Position numbers and translations under genes: made by a program
The notes under the pieces: model-generated
What the model saw: the letters and a program-made list of their open reading frames with translations, nothing else
The model's database searches: none
Told to the model about the DNA's origin: nothing
Assembly (NCBI GenBank): GCA_018333525.1
Contig: JAGXTF010000059.1
Location: forward strand, 17,334 to 81,333
Source of the DNA: Bacteroidota bacterium
GTDB lineage: Bacteria > Bacteroidota > Bacteroidia > NS11-12g > UBA955
DNA: 64,000 nt
Direction of reading: 5' to 3'
In this document: positions 56,796 through 64,000 of the stretch, in pieces
Position numbering within the stretch: position 1 is the stretch's first letter
How the letters are laid out: every line of letters starts with the position of its first letter

Positions 56796-59700
56796 ATGTA
56801 TTTCAGGCAATTCCTTTTGCTGCTTATCACGGCCATTTCCAACCAATTGCGGGCGCAAACAGAGTTGCCCAATTTCAGGCAGGTGGGAACCCGCGAAGGC
56901 TTGCCTGAAGGAGTTGTACATGCCATTCATAGCGACAAACAGGGAATTATCTGGATTGCCAGTTATGAAGGTTTATACCGCTACTCAGGTGGCAAATGCG
57001 TTCCAATCTATAGCCAGGGCAAAGAAGATACCACAAGCCTGAGTTCCCAAAGGGTATTCTCCATTTTAGAAGACCACCAGGGGTCCATTTGGGTAGGCAC
57101 AAGCGTAGGTCTGAATCGCATGGATCGCAAAACGGGGAAGTTCAAAAGATTTTTAAACCTCCCGGGAAAAAACAAACAACTGCCTGATAATTCTGTGATT
57201 CGAATTTTTGAGGATTCTAAAAATCAGATTTGGGTAAGTACCAAAAAAGGAATTGCAAAATTTCATGAGAATAACGAAATTTTTGAAAGCATCCATCTTT
57301 CGGACAGCCAGGCCTTTGTTTGTTATACCAGTTTTGAATCCGGAGGGAAAACCTGGTTTGCAGGAAATGGTGATTTTTATTATTACGATAAAACGAAAAA
57401 TGTTTTACAACGCGTAATTGTTTCCAGAACAATTACAGGTAATAAAAAATATCCTGTAATCAGTTCCATTACAGATAACAAAGGAAACACCTGGGTTGGT
57501 ACGTACAGGGGAATTTTTAAATTTGATTCCAAAAACGATAAATTAATTCACGCGGGTTTTCCGGATACCTTATTAAACCACAATAAGATAACTTCATTTT
57601 TACTAACCGATAACCACCTCTGGATTGGATCTTCTATAGGATTAATAGATTGGGATCAAAGCCAAAATACATATAAGGGATATTCCTATATGGCCAATAA
57701 TCCCATGGGATTAAGTACCAGTTATATTCAATCCATTGCAAAAGACAATAATGGAAATATTTGGGCCGGAACATCCCTGAATGCAGCCATTTTCCAAACG
57801 GCATACAAACCTATTACATTTTATACTGTTGATCCGCAACTACCTTTAAATGATGCCGACAACCACACTGCGAGATTATTTGAAGACCATTTGGGAGGAA
57901 TTTGGACATGGAATCACAGAGGGGTGTTGAGAAGCGCCGGTATTGGAAAGGAAATGAAGAAAATTCCCGGAACACCATTCGCCTATTTTCTGGAGTATTT
58001 TCTAGAGATAGAATATCACAACAAACCTTTGATATTAATGGCATACAGTTCACCGGGTCACGGTATATACCAATATAATTCAGCTGCCAATCGAATAGAA
58101 AAGTTTCCATTAAACGCGCGATTGGACAAAATGAATTTATATCAAATTCACATCGATAAAAAGAATAAAAATAAACTTTGGATAGGTACTTTGGAAGGTA
58201 TTTGCATTTATGATTTGCAAACCCGGGATACCAGCTGGATTCGGTTTGGCGGGAAAAAAACTCAATTGCGTTCGTTCAGGCAATTGGAAGATGGGCGATG
58301 GATATTATTGTCTCCATTGGGATATGGATTTTATGATGAAACCAGCAATAAACAGGAATTATTTCTGTATGATGCCAACAAGAAAAACATGTTTCACAGC
58401 GGCTTGATTCGCGATTTTGCCATGGGAAAAAATGGAGCATATTGGCTGGGTACAGAAACCGGACTCACCTATTTCAATCCCGCAACCGGTAAGTATTTAA
58501 ATTACACAACCAACAATGGATTGAAGGGTGGAAACATCATCTACGCCATGCATGCGGATAAATTTGGAACCTGCTGGTTTGTTACCAATAGTTATTTGAT
58601 ACGCCACGATCCTGTTACCAATAAATTTCAATATTTTAACAGTTCTAATGGGATATTTACCACATTTAACCGATGGAGTATATGTGAACTTCGAAATGGG
58701 AATGTGCTTTTTGGAGGCATAAATGGTTTTATTTCATTTAACCCGGAAAAATTGCAGGCGAATCCGGTATTTCCTAAAATTATACTAACCCATTTTCAGG
58801 TAAGAAACCAGGAAAGGCATTATGGTTTGTTTCCTGAATTTATACAAGAAGTAAAAGTTGGATATCAGGAAAATGCCATCACTTTCGAATTCATTGCACA
58901 GGAATATGCCTCACCGGAAAAAAACGAATATGCCTACCAAATGGAAGGATTTGATACAGGTTGGATTTATTCGGGAAATGAACACCGCGCCACTTATACT
59001 AACCTTTCTCCGGGTACCTATTATTTTCTGGCAAAATGCACCAATTCCGAGGGAATCTGGAGCAAAGATGTTTTGAAAATCAAAGTAATTATCACCCCGC
59101 TTTATTATCAATCCTGGTGGTTTCGCTTACTCATTTTGGCAGGATTTGGGGTTATTATTTGGTTATTTTGGAAAAACAGAAATCAAAAAAGGAAGCTGGA
59201 ACAACAAAAGGCCATAGCAGAACAGAATTCGATTTATAAATCAAAATTCCTGACCAATATGAGCCATGAAATTCGTACGCCAATGAACGCAATCATAGGT
59301 CTGAGCAGACTTTTGCTTGACACGGACCTAAATGAAAAGCAAAAACAATATGCCGAAGCTGTACAACAATCTTCAGAAAATCTGTTATGGATTGTGAACG
59401 ACATTTTGGATCAGGCAAAAATTGAAAGTGGAAAGTACACCATCGTAAATAAACCTTTTCAACTGGATGTGATATTAAAACAAATTCATAACCTGCTTCA
59501 AATAAAAGCAAAAGAAAAAGGAATTGAATTTAAGGTCGAAATTTACAACAACGCCCCTGTAAAACTAGTTGGAGACCCGGTTCGTTTGTATCAGATCCTT
59601 ACTAACCTGGTTGCAAATGCCATCAAATTCACCCAAACCGGATATGTACATTTATTTGTAGAAAGCATATCCAGCAATAGAGAAGAAGCCAGTTTGCGAT

Positions 59701-60350
59701 TTATGGTAAAAGATTCTGGAATTGGAATTCCCCGGGAAAAAATTGACCAGATTTTTGAATCCTTTAACCAACTGATACAGGATGAAAACACACATTCCGG
59801 AACAGGCCTTGGACTTGCTATTGCACGCGAACTTACCCAACAACTCGGTGGAACTATTTCGGTGGAAAGTGAATTAAATACAGGTTCAACATTCACCGTT
59901 ACTCTGCCCTTTAAAATTGATACGCAGACTGCAGTTGCTGTAAATTCAGGAGTAAAACATAACAAATCGGATAAAATGCTGCATATTTTATTGGTGGATG
60001 ATACGCGTTTTAATATTCTGCTTGCGCAGGAATTATTGTCGGAACAATTTCCCAGAAGTATAGTAGATACTGCAGAAAATGGAAAAATTGCAATCGAAAA
60101 AATCCAAAGTAATGGATATGATCTCATTCTGATGGACGTAAAAATGCCGGTTATGGATGGAATAGAAGCAACCAAATGGATACGGAATGCCAATGGTGCA
60201 ACATTTCAGAATATCCCTGTATTGGGACTTACGGCAAATGCCATTCCGGAACAATTGGAGGAATGCTTTGCTGCCGGTATGAATGATTATCTGACTAAAC
60301 CTGTAAATGCCTCTGAACTGTTTGATAAAATAATAAAATTAACGCCTTGA
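56796..60350 (+). CDS. hybrid sensor histidine kinase/response regulator with periplasmic two-component-regulator beta-propeller and Y_Y_Y domains
   Basis: At least 10 Reg_prop repeats (IWVGTSVGLNRMD, LWIGTLEGICIYD...). Y_Y_Y domain (LSPGTYYFLAKCTN). One TM helix. HisKA H-box SHEIRTPMNAI. HATPase_c (GTGLGLAI). C-terminal REC domain (LLVDD..D..MP.MDG). Start at the ATG at 56796 (MYFRQFLLLL...). Confidence 0.85.
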   Translation: MYFRQFLLLLITAISNQLRAQTELPNFRQVGTREGLPEGVVHAIHSDKQGIIWIASYEGLYRYSGGKCVPIYSQGKEDTTSLSSQRVFSILEDHQGSIWVGTSVGLNRMDRKTGKFKRFLNLPGKNKQLPDNSVIRIFEDSKNQIWVSTKKGIAKFHENNEIFESIHLSDSQAFVCYTSFESGGKTWFAGNGDFYYYDKTKNVLQRVIVSRTITGNKKYPVISSITDNKGNTWVGTYRGIFKFDSKNDKLIHAGFPDTLLNHNKITSFLLTDNHLWIGSSIGLIDWDQSQNTYKGYSYMANNPMGLSTSYIQSIAKDNNGNIWAGTSLNAAIFQTAYKPITFYTVDPQLPLNDADNHTARLFEDHLGGIWTWNHRGVLRSAGIGKEMKKIPGTPFAYFLEYFLEIEYHNKPLILMAYSSPGHGIYQYNSAANRIEKFPLNARLDKMNLYQIHIDKKNKNKLWIGTLEGICIYDLQTRDTSWIRFGGKKTQLRSFRQLEDGRWILLSPLGYGFYDETSNKQELFLYDANKKNMFHSGLIRDFAMGKNGAYWLGTETGLTYFNPATGKYLNYTTNNGLKGGNIIYAMHADKFGTCWFVTNSYLIRHDPVTNKFQYFNSSNGIFTTFNRWSICELRNGNVLFGGINGFISFNPEKLQANPVFPKIILTHFQVRNQERHYGLFPEFIQEVKVGYQENAITFEFIAQEYASPEKNEYAYQMEGFDTGWIYSGNEHRATYTNLSPGTYYFLAKCTNSEGIWSKDVLKIKVIITPLYYQSWWFRLLILAGFGVIIWLFWKNRNQKRKLEQQKAIAEQNSIYKSKFLTNMSHEIRTPMNAIIGLSRLLLDTDLNEKQKQYAEAVQQSSENLLWIVNDILDQAKIESGKYTIVNKPFQLDVILKQIHNLLQIKAKEKGIEFKVEIYNNAPVKLVGDPVRLYQILTNLVANAIKFTQTGYVHLFVESISSNREEASLRFMVKDSGIGIPREKIDQIFESFNQLIQDENTHSGTGLGLAIARELTQQLGGTISVESELNTGSTFTVTLPFKIDTQTAVAVNSGVKHNKSDKMLHILLVDDTRFNILLAQELLSEQFPRSIVDTAENGKIAIEKIQSNGYDLILMDVKMPVMDGIEATKWIRNANGATFQNIPVLGLTANAIPEQLEECFAAGMNDYLTKPVNASELFDKIIKLTP

Positions 60351-60353
60351 AAA

Positions 60354-60683
60354 ATGCCCGTTAAATTAGAAATCCTCCGAAATTATTTGAACCATGATGA
60401 AAAAATGGTGCAGAAATTTCTTCAGCTTTTTTGCAGTGCCATTCCTCAGGATTTGAACAAATTGAAACAATATATGCATGAATCCGATTTTAAATTGGCA
60501 TCGGTTACTGCACATAGTATCAAATCACAATGCGCCTATCTGGGTCTGGATCTAGCGCGATTGATGGCTGAAAAACTGGAAAACATATCGCAGATTGGGC
60601 ATGAACAGAATATATTATTTGAAAGCCTTGAAAATATTTTATTGTCGGAAATTGCCGAAATGAAAATGACCTTGAATATTTAA
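60354..60683 (+). CDS. Hpt (histidine phosphotransfer) domain protein
   Basis: 109 aa. Hpt-like motif AHSIKSQCAYLGL in a four-helix-bundle-sized protein. Begins 4 nt after the hybrid HK. Confidence 0.6.
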   Translation: MPVKLEILRNYLNHDEKMVQKFLQLFCSAIPQDLNKLKQYMHESDFKLASVTAHSIKSQCAYLGLDLARLMAEKLENISQIGHEQNILFESLENILLSEIAEMKMTLNI

Positions 60684-60729
60684 AAATTATTCTTCCATTA
60701 AAATCCTTAAATTTGATAAAAACTATCCT

Positions 60730-61431
60730 ATGTTTCGTATTTTGCTGGTAGACGATGACCCCACTCTGAGCGAGATTACAAGGGAATATCTGGAAGCCAG
60801 GGATTTGTCTGTGTTGCTTTGCAACAACCCTGCGAATGCCTTGGATTTATTAAAGCGCCACCATTCTGATATTTGTTTGCTGGATGTTAAAATGCCCGAA
60901 ATAGATGGATTTACGCTTGCGGAAGAAATCCGAAAAAAAGACAAGGAAATCCCTATAGTATTTCTTACCGGACAAACGATGAAAGAAGACCGGATACGCG
61001 GTTTGATGCTGGGCGCAGATGATTATATTTTAAAACCCTACAGCATGGAAGAATTGTATTTGCGCGTCATTGCAATTATGAAAAGATACAAAAATTCCGG
61101 AACCAAAAATAACATTCCGAATACCTATCAATTCGGTAAAATCATTTTCCATACCGGATCCAGAGAAATTATCACCGACAATCAAACCATCAGGTTAACA
61201 GCAATTGAAAACAAATTATTATCCCTTTTATGCGCAAACCTAAACGGGACTTTAAGCCGGGACCGTGCATTACAGGAGATTTGGGGAGATAACGACATTT
61301 ACAAAGGTCGCAGCATGAATGTATATATCAATAAACTCAGAAATATTTTGAAAGTGGAACCGGATATAGAAATTTTAAATGCCCATGGGGAAGGCTATAT
61401 CCTGAGTTACAAGGGTTCCCTACCGGAATAA
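60730..61431 (+). CDS. OmpR-family response regulator transcription factor (REC plus winged-helix)
   Basis: ILLVDDDP...LLDVKMPEIDGF...GADDYILKPY, with a C-terminal trans_reg_C (LTAIENKLLSLL...). 233 aa. Confidence 0.85.
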   Translation: MFRILLVDDDPTLSEITREYLEARDLSVLLCNNPANALDLLKRHHSDICLLDVKMPEIDGFTLAEEIRKKDKEIPIVFLTGQTMKEDRIRGLMLGADDYILKPYSMEELYLRVIAIMKRYKNSGTKNNIPNTYQFGKIIFHTGSREIITDNQTIRLTAIENKLLSLLCANLNGTLSRDRALQEIWGDNDIYKGRSMNVYINKLRNILKVEPDIEILNAHGEGYILSYKGSLPE

Positions 61432-61489
61432 TAGTATGTATTTTTGAATTTTGTTTTGAGCCGGACATTACAAAAACTAGTTTTGTTCC

Positions 61490-63403
61490 ATGGTGCCCAA
61501 TTTTCAAATTCATTCCAAAGAGGATTATCATCGGATTTACGAACAAAGTCGGTTAGATCCGGAAGGTTTCTGGAAACGGATTGCTGAAGAATTTTATTGG
61601 CAAAAAAAATGGGACAAGACTCTGGAATGGAATTTTGATGCCCCTGAAATAAAATGGTTTGCCGGAGGGAAATTAAATATTACAGAGAATTGTATAGACC
61701 GTCATTTAGCGGACAAAAGCGACCAGCCTGCAATTATCTGGGAACCCAATAATCCGAGTGAAAATACCAGAACTATTTCCTACAAAGAATTGCATAATGA
61801 TGTTTGCAAATTTGCCTGGGTTTTACAAAAAAACGGAGTTAAAAAAGGGGATCGCGTTTTAATTTATATGGGTATGGTGCCGGAGCTTGCCATGGCACTA
61901 TTGGCTTGTGCCAGAATTGGTGCCATACACAGTGTGGTATTCGGTGGATTCAGTGCACAGAGTATTTCGGACCGATTACACGATGCGAAATCAGAATTTA
62001 TTATCACCCAGGATGGTACTTACCGCGGTGCCAAAGTAATTCCATTAAAACCAACGATGGACGATGCTTTGGTGAATTGCGATTTTGTAAAAAAGGTTTT
62101 TGTGTTGGCCAGAACTAATAATCCTGTGAGTATGATTCGCGACAGAGATGTATGGCTGGAAGAAGAATTATCCGGAGTTTCAGAAGAGGATTTCCCTGCA
62201 GAAATAATGGATGCCGAAGATCCATTATTTATTCTTTACACCAGTGGAAGTACAGGAAAACCAAAAGGCGTGGTGCACACAACAGCGGGATATATGGTTT
62301 GGACCGCCTATTCATTTTCCAATGTATTTCAATACCAACCCGGTGAAATTCATTTTTGCACTGCAGATATTGGTTGGATTACTGGTCATAGTTATATCGT
62401 TTATGGCCCGTTGTGTATGGGTGCAACCAGTTTGATGTTTGAAGGAATTCCTACATATCCGGACGCAGGAAGGTTTTGGGAAATTGTAGAAAAACATCAG
62501 GTCAATATTCTATATACAGCACCAACAGCGATTCGCAGTTTAATGGCATTTGACAAAAATCACATTCATCGAAATAATCTCGACAGTTTGCGTGTGTTGG
62601 GAACCGTTGGTGAACCCATCAATGAGGAAGCATGGCAATGGTATTTTAAGAATATAGGCAAGGAAGAATGTCCGGTAGTTGACACCTGGTGGCAAACAGA
62701 AACAGGTGGAATTCTCATCAGCAATTTGGCTGATATCACTCCCGCAATTCCAACCATGGCAACCTTGCCTTTGCCGGGCGTATTTCCTTTGCTGGTGGAT
62801 GAATCGGGTAAAGAAATTGCAGCGGATTCGGAAAAAACCGTAAGTGGCAATTTATGTATTCGTTTCCCCTGGCCCGGTATGCTGCGCACTACCTGGGGAG
62901 ATCATGAGCGTTGCCGAACCAATTATTTTGCAACTTATCCGGGTTTGTATTTCACTGGTGATGGCGCCATGCGGGATCCTCAGGGGAATTACAGAATTAC
63001 AGGTCGTGTAGACGATGTTCTGAATGTAAGTGGACATAGAATTGGCACCGCCGAAGTGGAAAATGCCATAAATATGCACACCGGCGTAACAGAAAGTGCG
63101 GTAGTTGGATATCCGCATGACATCAAGGGACAGGGAATATATGCTTATGTAATTTTCAATCATCTGCATGTTGATGAAGAAGTAACCCGGAGAGATTTAT
63201 TAGAAACAGTTACCAGAGTTATTGGACCCATTGCAAAGCCCGATAAAATTCAATTTGTAAGTGGTTTGCCCAAAACCCGAAGCGGCAAAATAATGCGGCG
63301 AATTTTGAGAAAAATTGCGGAAGGAGAAACAGAGAATTTAGGGGATACTACTACCCTGCTGGATCCGCAAATAGTGGAAGAAATTGTGAAGGGGAAAATG
63401 TAA
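61490..63403 (+). CDS. acs: acetate--CoA ligase (acetyl-CoA synthetase)
   Basis: AMP-binding motif YTSGSTGKPKGV. 637 aa. N-terminus and overall layout are typical of Acs, including the catalytic Lys region PKTRSGKIMRR. Confidence 0.9.
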   Translation: MVPNFQIHSKEDYHRIYEQSRLDPEGFWKRIAEEFYWQKKWDKTLEWNFDAPEIKWFAGGKLNITENCIDRHLADKSDQPAIIWEPNNPSENTRTISYKELHNDVCKFAWVLQKNGVKKGDRVLIYMGMVPELAMALLACARIGAIHSVVFGGFSAQSISDRLHDAKSEFIITQDGTYRGAKVIPLKPTMDDALVNCDFVKKVFVLARTNNPVSMIRDRDVWLEEELSGVSEEDFPAEIMDAEDPLFILYTSGSTGKPKGVVHTTAGYMVWTAYSFSNVFQYQPGEIHFCTADIGWITGHSYIVYGPLCMGATSLMFEGIPTYPDAGRFWEIVEKHQVNILYTAPTAIRSLMAFDKNHIHRNNLDSLRVLGTVGEPINEEAWQWYFKNIGKEECPVVDTWWQTETGGILISNLADITPAIPTMATLPLPGVFPLLVDESGKEIAADSEKTVSGNLCIRFPWPGMLRTTWGDHERCRTNYFATYPGLYFTGDGAMRDPQGNYRITGRVDDVLNVSGHRIGTAEVENAINMHTGVTESAVVGYPHDIKGQGIYAYVIFNHLHVDEEVTRRDLLETVTRVIGPIAKPDKIQFVSGLPKTRSGKIMRRILRKIAEGETENLGDTTTLLDPQIVEEIVKGKM

Positions 63404-63578
63404 TACTATTCGAATACCAAGCTTTCGGATTATGAAATGAGAAAGAGTATTTAAGGACCCAAATCATCAGTAATACCTTTTAATATTTCCAACTGATCAA
63501 TTATCTATCCCTCTCCAATAATGGATTTCAGATATTTGGTCAGACTACATTTGTCAAAACAAAATCTTTTATAAGTGC

Positions 63579-63622
63579 AAAAAAAAACCCTGCACTGCAA
63601 TCTGCAGTTTCAGGGTTTTTTA
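63579..63622. terminator. bidirectional terminator-like hairpin (A-run, CCCTGCACTGCA-atc-TGCAGTTTCAGGG, T-run)
   Basis: Imperfect 12-13 bp stem flanked by A9 upstream and T6 downstream. Lies between convergent acs and a minus-strand small ORF. Confidence 0.55.
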
Positions 63623-63642
63623 TTCATGTTGCTAAACCTTGT

Positions 63643-63747
63643 TTAGCTGTGTTGGTTTTTATTGCTTTCCAAAATGCGAACCAGTCCAAAGATGGCTCCA
63701 ATGGTGGCAACTATACCGATGAATAAGAAAAGGTACATGTCTTCCAT
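63643..63747 (-). CDS. possible small hydrophobic membrane peptide (34 aa)
   Basis: MEDMYLFLFIGIVATIGAIFGLVRILESNKNQHS is a single predicted TM helix. The ORF track extends it to 67 aa, but that extension is low-complexity F-rich sequence. Weak call. Confidence 0.3.
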   Translation of the reverse strand: MEDMYLFLFIGIVATIGAIFGLVRILESNKNQHS

Positions 63748-64000
63748 AGGCTGAGGGATTAAATGATATTCCGAAGTAAAGAAAAAAAAGTCAAAAAACA
63801 AAAAAAAGTTTGGGAAATCACATTTTTTTAATATACTACGAGGCAAATTTTGAATATTTATTCTATTGCAACCATTTTGAAACTATTTCTCCGAACAATA
63901 AGCTGCTAAAGGGTTTCCAAACGGGACTACAGGTCATTTTAGAACGCGATACTGTAGATTTTAGAGCCCCTGAGTCACGGATCATTTTTTAACCGTCCAA

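Noticed and set aside
1-64000. Looked for prophage, integrase, toxin-antitoxin, restriction-modification or Cas genes.
   Set aside because: None of the ORFs show the relevant motifs. The only mobile-element-like gene is the RAYT.

Overview
This 64 kb window looks like a chromosomal segment from a low-GC Bacteroidota genome. The evidence is T9SS C-terminal sorting domains, a gliding-motility gene set, SprA, TTG/GTG start codons, TAnnTTTG-type promoter motifs and no Shine-Dalgarno sequences. The outer parts hold housekeeping genes: a partial lptF/G-family permease, tgt, ubiE, engB, hutH-like lyase, hisS, trxB, ruvA, acs, a PpiD-like PPIase, ferritin and a TlpA-like oxidoreductase. The centre is a contiguous gliding/T9SS locus. 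It holds five tandem, same-strand paralogs of a large cysteine-rich secreted protein with T9SS C-terminal domains (15680..30091). These are followed by gldA-gldF-gldG, ruvA, the 2377-aa T9SS translocon sprA, and a translationally coupled PorZ-like beta-propeller cargo. The five-paralog array is the strongest candidate for an undescribed system, possibly a family of interchangeable surface or motility adhesins. Other notable features are listed here. One is an ArsR-family repressor operon with three AHSA1/SRPBCC proteins, a VOC protein and a perfect palindromic operator over a Bacteroidetes-type promoter. Another is a REP-associated tyrosine transposase (RAYT) flanked by seven GC-rich palindromic REP units in BIME-like pairs, and a second unrelated REP-like family lies elsewhere. 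A 1125-aa WG-repeat protein and a BNR/sialidase-like T9SS cargo are also present. The last is a phosphorelay of hybrid propeller-HK, Hpt and OmpR RR next to acs. No rRNA, tRNA or CRISPR was found. Several ORF-track starts were corrected by homology reasoning (hisS GTG, tgt TTG, engB, arsR, ferritin, RAYT, HK).
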